A DNA stretch of 64,000 nt from contig CM060731.1 of the NCBI GenBank assembly GCA_030704615.1, positions 52,576,001 to 52,640,000 of the forward strand, in the 5' to 3' direction. Positions 36,883 to 46,600 of this stretch are shown piece after piece. This DNA is from Takakia lepidozioides. Taxonomy: Eukaryota > Plantae > Bryophyta. Under the pieces are notes generated by a model. The model worked only from the letters and a program-made list of their open reading frames with translations. It did not search any database and was not told where the DNA came from. Each line of letters opens with the position of its first letter. Positions within the stretch are counted from its first letter, which is position 1. A program made the translations under genes and the position numbers.

Positions 36883-39807
36883 ATTCATCCAAGAGGGCCA
36901 GATTTCAAGCACAAGATTACCTATGATTCCATGTGGATCAATAGCTACAAGAAACCTGCATGGGTAGATGGTCAACTAAAGGCAGCAGCTGCAGCGGCAC
37001 AGTTGATAAAATCAGGCACCTCAACCTTGACCACAGCTTCTAGAAGAGGATCAAGAGAGGGAGTCCACAATGCCTCTTCTGGCACTTCTGGGCATGTGAA
37101 GATGCTTTGTGATGCAGGCAGACTGAAAGAGGCTCTACAGACTTTAAACCAAGGAGGCATTTCAGCAGATTCAGAAACGTATGTCTGTCTCTTGCATAAG
37201 TGCATCAAGGTGAAAGGCCTGGAAGCTGGAAAGCAGGTGCACACTCACATTATCCAAAGTGGATTCACGCCAAATGTTTTTCTCCTCAACACCCTTGTCA
37301 ACATGTATGTTAAGTGTGGGAGCATCATGGATGCTCACCAAGTGTTCAACAGAATGCCTCAACGATCCTTGATCACGTGGAATATAATGTTGGCAGGATT
37401 TACCAAGCATGGGTGTGGTAGGAATGCTTTGGAGACCTATGAGCAAATGATGGGGGAAGGGGTGAAGCCCAACCACATCACGTTTGTGTCCGTTTGCAAA
37501 GCGTGTGCAAGCCTGGCAGCCCTGGAAAAGGGCAAAGAGGTGCATGGTGACATTGTCAGAGCTGGAATTGTACCAGATGTGATCCTGAACACTGCCCTGG
37601 TGGACATGTATGCCAAATGTGGGAGCATCGAGGATGCAAAGGGAGTGTTCAACAATATGGCTGAACGAAATGTGGTGTCGTGGAGTGCGATGCTTGCAGG
37701 GTATGCACAGCAGGGGCGCGGGATGGAGGCTTTGGAGATGTATGAGCAAATGATGTGCGAAGGGGTGAAGCCTGACCACATCACATTTGTGTGCGTTTGC
37801 AATGCGTGTGCAAGTCTGGCAGCCCTGGAAAAGGGCAAAGAGGTGCATGGCGACATCGTCAGAGCTGGAATCGTACCAGATGTCATCCTGAACAATACCC
37901 TGGTGGACATGTATGCCAAATGTGGGAGCATCGAGCATGCAAAGGGAGTGTTCAACAATATGGCTGAACGAAATGTGGTGTCGTGGAATGCGATGCTCGC
38001 AGGATATGCACAGCAGGGGCGCGGGATGGAGGCTTTGGAGACGTATGAGCAAATGATGTGCGAAGGGGTGAAGCCCGACCACATCACGTTTGTGTGCGTT
38101 TGCAGTGCGTGTGCAAGCCTGGCAGCTCTGGAAAAGGGCAAAGAGGTGCATGGCGACATCATCAGAGCTGGAATCGTACCAGATGTGATCCTGAACAATA
38201 CCCTCGTGGACATGTATGCCAAATGTGGGAGCATCGAGGATGCAAAGGGAGTGTTCGACAATATGGCTGAACGAAATGTGGTGTCGTGGAGTGCGATGCT
38301 CGCAGGATATGCACAGCAGGGGCGCGGGATGGAGGCTTTGGAGACGTATGAGCAAATGATGTGCGAAGGGGTGAAGCCTGACCACATCATGTTTGTGTGC
38401 GTTTGCAGTGCGTGTGCAAGCCTGGCAGCCCTGGAAAAGGGCAAAGAGGTGCATGGCGACATTGTCAGAGCTGGAATTGTACCAAATGTCATCCTGAACA
38501 ATACCCTGGTGGACATGTATGCCAAATGTGGGTGCATCGAGGATGCAAAGGGAGTGTTCGACAATATGGCTGAACGAAATGTGGTGTCGTGGAATGCGAT
38601 GCTCGCAGGATATGCACAGCAGGGGCGCGGGATGGAGGCTTTGGAGACGTATGAGCAAATGATGTGCGAAGGGGTGAAGCCCGACCACATCACGTTTGTG
38701 TGCGTTTGCAATGCGTGTGCAAGTCTGGCAGCCCTGGAAAAGGGCAAAGAGGTTCGTGGTGACATCATCAGAGCTGGAATCGTACCAAATGTCATCCTGA
38801 ACACTGCCCTGGTGGACATGTATGCCAAATGTGGGTGCATCGAGGATGCAAAGGGAGTTTTCGACAATATGGCTGAACGAGATGTGGTGTCGTGGAGTGC
38901 AATGATCGCAGGATATGCACAGCATGGTTGTCATAGGGAGGTTGTGCAACTATTTGAAGGAATGCAAAAGAACGGCTTGAAGCCGAACAGTATCACCTTT
39001 ATATGTGTTCTCTCTGCATGCAGCCACGCTGGCCTACTGAATGAAGGAAGACGCTACTTTCATTCCATGAGTCAAGATCATGGTGTCACTCCGACAGTAA
39101 AGCACTTTGGCTGCATGGTGGACCTTCTTGGTCGTGCGGGACAACTGGATGAGGCAGTGGACCTGATTAATAAAATGCCCATAAATCCAGATGCTGTGGT
39201 GTGGAAGGCCTTGCTTGGTGCCTGCAGAATCCATGGCAATGTGGAGATGGCTGAACGTGCAGCAACATCTATCCTCACGTGGGATGAACAGGATACCGTT
39301 ACTTATGTGTTGCTCTCAAACATCTATGCTGCAGCTGGCAGGTGGGATGATACTGCAAAGGTGAGAAGAATGATGAAGGTCAAAGGGGTTAGAAAGGAGC
39401 CAGGTCGCTGCTGCATTGAGGTTGGCAACAGGGTGCACACCTTTGTTGTAGATGACAAGTTGCATCCCAGAATTAAGGAAATCCATGCTGAGCTGAGAAG
39501 ATTGTCTGGGCAGATGAAGGAGGCGGGGTATGTGCCTGACACGCGCTTTGTGTTGCATGATGTGGGGGAGGAGGAAAAGGAATTTTCTCTTTGCCACCAC
39601 AGTGAGAAGCTGGCCATTGGTTTTGGGCTGATCAGCACGACCCCTAGGACATCTCTCCGTCTCATCAAGAATCTTCGAGTGTGTGGTGACTGCCACACCT
39701 CCACCAAATTCATCTCAAAGATTGTTGGCCGAGCAATTGTTGTACGGGACGCTTACCGCTTTCACCACTTTGAAGATGGGATTTGTTCTTGTGGGGATTA
39801 CTGGTGA
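36883..39807 (+). CDS. PLS-class PPR-E1-E2-DYW (PG-type) organellar C-to-U RNA editing factor; large terminal exon starting with the second half of a PDF motif
   Basis: Open frame with ~20 L/S/P motifs including P2-L2-S2, then E1/E2, PG box (KEPGRCCIEV), HSEKLA and LRVCGDCH zinc/deaminase motifs, and terminal DYW. The start codon and 5' splicing are uncertain. Confidence 0.93.
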   Translation: MHPRGPDFKHKITYDSMWINSYKKPAWVDGQLKAAAAAAQLIKSGTSTLTTASRRGSREGVHNASSGTSGHVKMLCDAGRLKEALQTLNQGGISADSETYVCLLHKCIKVKGLEAGKQVHTHIIQSGFTPNVFLLNTLVNMYVKCGSIMDAHQVFNRMPQRSLITWNIMLAGFTKHGCGRNALETYEQMMGEGVKPNHITFVSVCKACASLAALEKGKEVHGDIVRAGIVPDVILNTALVDMYAKCGSIEDAKGVFNNMAERNVVSWSAMLAGYAQQGRGMEALEMYEQMMCEGVKPDHITFVCVCNACASLAALEKGKEVHGDIVRAGIVPDVILNNTLVDMYAKCGSIEHAKGVFNNMAERNVVSWNAMLAGYAQQGRGMEALETYEQMMCEGVKPDHITFVCVCSACASLAALEKGKEVHGDIIRAGIVPDVILNNTLVDMYAKCGSIEDAKGVFDNMAERNVVSWSAMLAGYAQQGRGMEALETYEQMMCEGVKPDHIMFVCVCSACASLAALEKGKEVHGDIVRAGIVPNVILNNTLVDMYAKCGCIEDAKGVFDNMAERNVVSWNAMLAGYAQQGRGMEALETYEQMMCEGVKPDHITFVCVCNACASLAALEKGKEVRGDIIRAGIVPNVILNTALVDMYAKCGCIEDAKGVFDNMAERDVVSWSAMIAGYAQHGCHREVVQLFEGMQKNGLKPNSITFICVLSACSHAGLLNEGRRYFHSMSQDHGVTPTVKHFGCMVDLLGRAGQLDEAVDLINKMPINPDAVVWKALLGACRIHGNVEMAERAATSILTWDEQDTVTYVLLSNIYAAAGRWDDTAKVRRMMKVKGVRKEPGRCCIEVGNRVHTFVVDDKLHPRIKEIHAELRRLSGQMKEAGYVPDTRFVLHDVGEEEKEFSLCHHSEKLAIGFGLISTTPRTSLRLIKNLRVCGDCHTSTKFISKIVGRAIVVRDAYRFHHFEDGICSCGDYW
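37430..38920 (+). repeat. ~5 near-identical 303-bp tandem units, each encoding one P-L-S triplet (101 aa)
   Basis: The GAGAxxTATGAGCAAATGATG anchor occurs at 37432, 37735, 38038, 38341 and 38644 (exact 303-bp period). Confidence 0.97.
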
Positions 39808-39909
39808 AAGGATGTTTTCTTGGAAAGATGCGAGTGTCTTGCTTCATTCAGTGATCTGTGTAGCTACTCAGATCATCCACCACCTGAGAGTACCATGATG
39901 TACTGTTGA

Positions 39910-40353
39910 GCCTAGAATTAAATTGCTGAGTTCCATCCACAATGAGTATCGCCGGTCAAATGGATTAAAGGGACATTGCCTTGTAAAACCGTGACAAACG
40001 GCCACTAAAAGCAGCTCGTTCACAACAGAGATGGTGGGGGCATCAGTGGATGAAGCTGCCGGCCGATAGTAGCCTACAAGTATCCCACCATGACAGATAA
40101 GTAGCATTTGTGGAACTCAGACCATTCCTTGCAACAACTCACTCCATTATAACTGGAGGATCTACTTATTTCTAGTTGAGCCTCACTGACTCAATGAGGG
40201 TAATGTTTGCTCTTATGCCATGGCATGATGACAATGTATTGAAAATGGTCAGTTCATGACTGTTGAAGGAAATTTGGCAGACTGGCTCTACTGTATTACA
40301 CAAGAGATAATGGAGGGAGAGTCACACACCTTCCATGTACAAGGGCTGGGCTG
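39910..40353 (-). pseudogene. Duplicated fragment of the M16 peptidase gene (exon 10, flanking intron sequence, end of exon 9) just 3' of the DYW stop
   Basis: Direct repeat of ~16192-16655 with small indels. A frameshift in the copied exon gives YYRPAASSTDAPTISVVNELL followed by a shifted frame. Confidence 0.9.
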
Positions 40354-41122
40354 GGCTGTGGCATATCCACAGGAAATGATAGTGGGGTCTACCCGGCATA
40401 GGTGGGAAGTCAGCCCATATTTGCACTTGACTGAAGGGGTGATATTGGACTGACTTTGGTGACAGTGGATGGAAATCAGAGTGCTGTCCTAATTCTGGGT
40501 TTGGGTGGTGGAGCTTCTCCAAAGCTTGAAGATGGAAGTGAATACGAATTTTGATGAGCTTGATTAGAGGGGCAGCCCTGTGCACAAGTTTGTTCAGCAT
40601 CTTAAATTTGCACATGTTTGTTTGTTTCTTGTGGTGTGGCTTTGGATGGAGCCCTTGACGAACTTGCATGAATATTGTCAAAAGCTATCCTTAACCCACC
40701 AAGATCCAATCCCATGGTGGCTGCTTGAAAGTTCATATAGGGATTGTAAGGGTATTTGGGTATGTTGTTATTGATTGATGCCGCTGGACTCCCTCACACT
40801 ATAACATCGGTTTGTGCATGTTGGAGTTCAAGGTTGGGGCACAGAGGCCACCCACTTCAGAACACAATTGCTACAGTTGGAGACCAGATTTGGGAGCATG
40901 TATGAAACAACTATGCATAGTTTCATGCAACAAAAAGCGATACTGCCAGTGTCCACCGACGCAGGTCTCTATCGCTGGTGTGACTCCCAGTGTTCTCAGT
41001 AACTACTTGAGCTGCCAATCTCAAACAAGCCAAAAAACTCTCCCCTCCAAGAAAAGTGAGGTCTTTTTCTCTTGCTTCCAGTAACCGTCCAACATCCAAA
41101 AAACGAAGCTTTTGGTCCGGCA

Positions 41123-42260
41123 TGTGGGTTTAATTAATATCAATTAAGTTACACCCAACTAAGGGATAATTCATGTGAATAATGAGAGGAAGATATACTT
41201 AATGTACCTTCTTTGGCTATGAGGGCACAGCCATCAAAAGGGGATTTGTAGCGAGCTGTGGTGCGATGCTCAATTGTTCCGCAAAAGGTTGGGATTTTCG
41301 TTTCCTCGCATGTAAGTTTTGGTATAAAGTAAGCATATAGGAATAATGCCTCTCAAGTTTGCGGGGTCCCTATCCATTAGAGGATGGTCCAGGAATTAAA
41401 AAGGGGGATATATGTATCCCAGCCGCATGAAAAATAAAATCGACTCAAAACGGAGTTGACATTTGCTAGTTTGTATGGAACTTTTGAAGCTGGTGGTAAG
41501 TGGCATGGCCCCACATGGCCCCAGGTGGCTTTTGGATGTGGGGCAGAACGTTGTAGAATAGAGAATGATCTAGAGGGAGCCAGGAAAGTTTTTCTATAGT
41601 CGAGCCAGGACTCTACCAGCGTCAGAGGAGCGTAGTGGAGTGTACTAGAGGCTCCAGAGGGGGGGGGGGGGGTGGTATCCTGTTAGCACAGTGTGAGCAT
41701 GAGCATGGCGTGAGCACAACCCACGGTCATGGGGATTGTATGTTTTTAAAACCGCGGTCATAGGAATTGCATGTTTCGAGCATTTATAGGGAGCACTTGC
41801 ACCAAAACTATAAACTATATGATCTATCTTTCAATTTCGCATTGAAAAATTAAAATTGAGTAGTAATTTCGGGAGTGAGAGTTTTAATTTCGCATTGAGA
41901 AATTAAAGTTAAGTAGTAGTTTCGGGAGTGAGAGTTTCGTCTCGATAAATTATCCATGGGACATGACAATCTTTAAGGTCTCTTGGAGTCTTAGCGCCAT
42001 TTTCTCAAGTCTATCATGGAAAGGGCCTAGTATCGGGTGAGGATAGCGTGAGGAAATCCCATTGTAGGGTAACATGTTTATCATGTATAGGGGTTACTTG
42101 TTTCTTAAGTGTTGCTGTGAGGGCCTATGTAAGCATTAAAAATAATTTCACAATTTTCTTAGTTTCTCAATTTTGGTTTCGCTGAAGAATATTCGGAAGG
42201 CATCGTAGGAATATACGGTATATTCGCTTGTGCTCATCTGAGCATGCTCACTCGCTACCC
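41123..42260. mobile_element. Probable LTR-like or other repeat remnant
   Basis: TG...CA bounded (41123-42152), TATA-like CATTTATAGGG, internal ~54-bp tandem duplication (41833-41937) and TGAGCA motif clusters. No TSD verified. Confidence 0.35.
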
Positions 42261-42349
42261 AACTGAGGAGGGGCCAGCATGGAGGCAATGAAAAGCACCC
42301 GCGTGGCAGTGGAAGTATGTGAGAAGAGAGGGAGGGGTCTCTTGGAATG

Positions 42350-42700
42350 CCATGATCATAGGATATGCTCAGCGTGGCAAGTTTTCAACAAGATGGCTAA
42401 TTGAGATGTGGTGTTATGGAGCAAATTACCAGAGGATATACTCAACATGGTTGTTCTATGGAGGATCATGAAATGTATGAGCAAATGCGACAGAAGGGGG
42501 TGACTCCTGACAGGGTACATCACTTGCATTCTCCATGCATGTAGCAACTAAGGAGGCCTGGAAAAGGGCAAAGAGGTCTGTGCTCACATTGTCAAATCTG
42601 GAATCGTGCAAGATATCATACTCCAGACATCCCTTGTTGACATGTATGCCAAATGCAGGAGCATGAAATATGCACGACTAGTGTTCAACAATATGGGCAA
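42350..42700 (+). pseudogene. Older degenerate PPR (P-L-S) fragment of the same family
   Basis: GAGATGTGGTGTTATGG, TATGAGCAAATG, CCTGGAAAAGGGCAAAGAGG and GACATGTATGCCAAATG match the array unit, with frameshifts. Confidence 0.8.
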
Positions 42701-43696
42701 ATCACCTTGCCTGGTCTCGATATGAAAAGACTGTCGCTTGTGAGAAAATGCTTCTTGGATGTCATGCAAGGTGAGATCACCACAACAGCTTATGTGTCTC
42801 TAGGTGATGCGAACCTCCATCTAAGCCAACCTCGCTCAAATGCATCGCTTCATCTTTATTGCACACCATTACAACTTTTTCCTTAGTTCAGAAAGAATTG
42901 AATCATTTGTACAGAATGATTGAGAAAGCTCAGTTCCTAACTTCCTTAAGTTCGGTAACCGGTAACTCATGGCAAGCCAAGTACAACTTCTATAAAGATA
43001 AGTGCTAGTTTTTTATGTGTATACAACAGAAAACAGATCACATCAGAAAAGTATTTATGAACAACGTTCAGTGAAAAAGAACAAGGCCCAAGGAGTCATT
43101 TACCAAAGAAGATAATGGACTGTTACAAGGGCAGGAGGGACGAAACCACAAATGAAAATCTGTTGCAGAAATCTTGCCCCTATAATAACATTCCAAACCT
43201 TGGGGGAAATAAAAAGAGGAACAAGCAGATGAGTTAAGACCCAAGTGCTGCTATTCACGTGTGCTACTGATAATTTGCCCTGCCTCAACCAAATGAAGCA
43301 AGAAAAGAAGACTCTCCTGAGCTACACAATTAGAATGCATTATGGAGCTTCTTATCGTTCTCCGCTGGCACCTCTCAGAGGGAGAAGGGCAGGATGGCTT
43401 GCTTGACACCTTGCCTACTCGGGGCCAAAGCCCTTTGCCATCAAATTCAATCATAATGATCCACCAAGTCCCAGATATACCAATTAAGAAAACCTGAAAG
43501 CCCCGAGAAGGGCGACCTTGAGAGCTCAAGCTATGGAACTCGCCCCCTCTCTGGCATGCTGCTGTTGGAACCCTCCCAACCTTGATGCAAAGAAGTCTTA
43601 TAAACAATGATCTGTTGCCTTCTCTCCGAAAATCCCCAATGACAGCAATGTCAAGAGAACGTATGCATGGTAGACAGACAGAGATGGTATCGGTTG

Positions 43697-46600
43697 CTAA
43701 TGATGATGGAACCGGACAACAACACAAGTGATATTGTCAGCACTCCCTTTGCTATAGGCTTCCTCTGTCAGCCTCTTGGCAGCCTCCTCAGCATCTGGGA
43801 TTGACTGCACCATAGTGACTGCATCCTGCACATGCCCCACCACCATAACTGTCTCCATTAGCAATGCAAGTACATCAAGAGCATCACAACTCATAACACT
43901 TACCACGATTATACTTTAGTACTACTCATCTGTCCAGATGAACAGATTACTGCTACAGTTATTGGAGGGATGAGCTAGAGAAAAGCTCTACTTAGCAGAT
44001 GACAATGGCTGCAACAGAGGCAATGCCACTGTAACTTGTCACCCACTGAAGTTGGTCGCAAGTGACTGTGGATCCACAGACTACATGGCGTGCTCTGAAA
44101 GGAGGTGGACCCCTGTTGCCCTAAATACCTTTCTCATTACAGAAAGGAAGGAGAGTTGTCTGTTCCCAGGGACCAAATCAGACCTATACAATGTGAGATG
44201 CCGAATCTGCATCACAATTGTCTGGTAAAATCATCTGTCTGCTATAACAGACACGAGAAGAGTTGACTACTATCGATTACATGTACACAACCATGCCCAA
44301 AAATTTTTAAAAAAAGGTGAAGGCCATAAGTCACTACACAGTCTAAGGAGCACAACAAGTCCCAAAAGACCCTCGGAAGTTACTACCCTAGCCAACAGCA
44401 CACATAGCACAAAATCAGAAGACATTGGTACTCATAGCAGCTTTTAGGTCAACCTGGTTTGACACCACATCCCACAGGCCATCACTGGCAAGCACCAGAA
44501 ACTCCACATCATCTTTGATAGTCTCCTCCTGTAAATGCCACAAAAAATACAGGATAACACTGGATCAAAACTGCAAAAACTTGCAGGCCAATTGCAGCCA
44601 GTTCATTTCGCCACTCATCTGAGACCATCATTTGTTCACAAGAGTATCCTTGTTTTCACAATTGACCATTTCAAATGCAGGAAAATATTTAATCAATTTG
44701 TGCCTTGCGACCATTTATAACACCCACAGTTTGGGCAGCAAGAACTAAAAAATAAAGTTTGTCGACTCTCATGATCTGTGCAGAGAGGGGTTAAATCTTA
44801 CAAAGCGAATTTACAAATATCCATTCTGTCTAAATAATTTTGCCACATCGCATATTCCAGTCGGACGGGAGTAATAATCGTATTACTGGTAAAAGAAACA
44901 ACAACAAGTATAAACAACAAACCTGAATGGGTACGTACATTCAATCGACCAATGAAATTGGCCAGCCCATAAGCACATTAGGGAGGATCTCCATATTTCT
45001 AACAGGTGGGCACAACTACCTGAATCTCAGGCTCAGCCGCAAGATACCGTTTCAACAGTCGATCGCCAAATGCACGGGATACGGGAGTAACGGACGGGAG
45101 TAATAATTGTATTACTGGTAAAAGAAACAGCAACAAGTATTGACAACAAACCTGAATGGGTACGTACATTCAATCGACCAATGAAATTGTCCAGCCCATA
45201 AGCACATTAGGGAGGATCTCCATATTTCTAACAGGTGGGCACAACTACCTGAATCTCAGGCTCGGCCACAACATATCGCTTCAACAGTCGATCGCCAAAT
45301 GCACGGGATACTGCAAGAACACCTCCTACTCGCCAAGTCCCTGCAACAAGTGATAAGAAAAATCCCAACAAGGTCAATGTGGTTGTTTCCAGCGCTTGGC
45401 ACTTCACTGCTGATACATTCCTCATTCAAGACAGCATGCAGTTAGAAGCTTCAAGGACTAATGCTGATCACATTAGTTTACTTCCATCCAACTGGATGCA
45501 CTCATATTACTCAACATTGCGAAACCATGCCTAGGCATGTGGCAGAATCAACATTGTGCAATATGCATGATCTTCTACCAGCCCTGACATCAAGACTCAC
45601 TGAACTACACCAGAATTTCTCTTGGTTGTACTGGAGCACTAGGGCAGTTTCAGGCTAACTTTCCATAGCTAGATAGAAACTTCACAACCAGCGAGGGAGG
45701 ATTGCTATCTCAAGATTCACAGGGAACTCTCCATGCGTACACTTCTCTCTCTCAGTCTTTTGTGTTAGTATAATGACAGAACATCATAAAGAAATCTCAC
45801 CTGCCCACATAACAACCCCTCCAGCATCCTCAATTCTTTGCCGCTCATCTGTTCGATTAGGCTTATGGTCCGTCGAGAGAGCAACAGCTGTTATAACCCC
45901 CGGCACAACAAACAAAAAAACTGAACAAAATCAGAAGACCCAACTACAGCTTTCCAGTTCATATGCATCTGACATCAGCACCTGTACTTCAATCTTAATC
46001 CCAGAATGAAATACGGCTTTACCAGGAGAAAGCCATTCCATGCCTTGGAAATTTTGCAGGCACACCTGGGAGGCAGCTATGCCCCACTATGGAATTAACC
46101 TCAATGGCCGATTCCAAGTAGAACTACATGCTCAGAAGGTCCTATATCCTTACCAAGCAAAAGTAGTATACACTATTATCAAGTGTGCCAGCAGAAACCA
46201 GCAGGAGTCTCATAAGGGTCCGACTGCTGTGGTGGTTACCCATCGTTCAATGGGCTACTAGTTATATATTACTTTTCCTTCTCAATGACGAGTATTACGA
46301 AAACGTGTACAGCTCTAAGTGCTTGGTCATGTAGAGCTAACAAAGAGAGACACACAGCTTGCGTAGGTCACCTTTCCCAGCTCTGCAAATCACAGCCCTA
46401 GAGTCACCGACATTGGCGACAAGTAAGCGTTCCCCAACCAAGACAGCCGTGGAAGCTGTTGATCCTGCATCCCTGTGCTGATTATTCTCTGCTCTCAGAT
46501 ACTCCTGATCAGTCTGTTTGTAGGTCTCAGCTGAGAATTCCAACACAGTCCAGAGACAAATAAGAGAAGTCAGCATCCCTGTCTTTCAGCCACACCCATG

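Noticed and set aside
37171-38949. Long antisense ORFs (592 aa and 476 aa) over the PPR array
   Set aside because: Shadow frames: one stop-free 303-bp unit repeated gives long ORFs automatically, and there is no independent protein signature.
39390-39807. U-to-C (DYW:KP-type) editing domain
   Set aside because: It has a canonical PG box (KEPG), HSEK and terminal DYW, consistent with the C-to-U type.
40400-41110. Possible degenerate retroelement downstream of the PPR gene
   Set aside because: No diagnostic motif could be read confidently.
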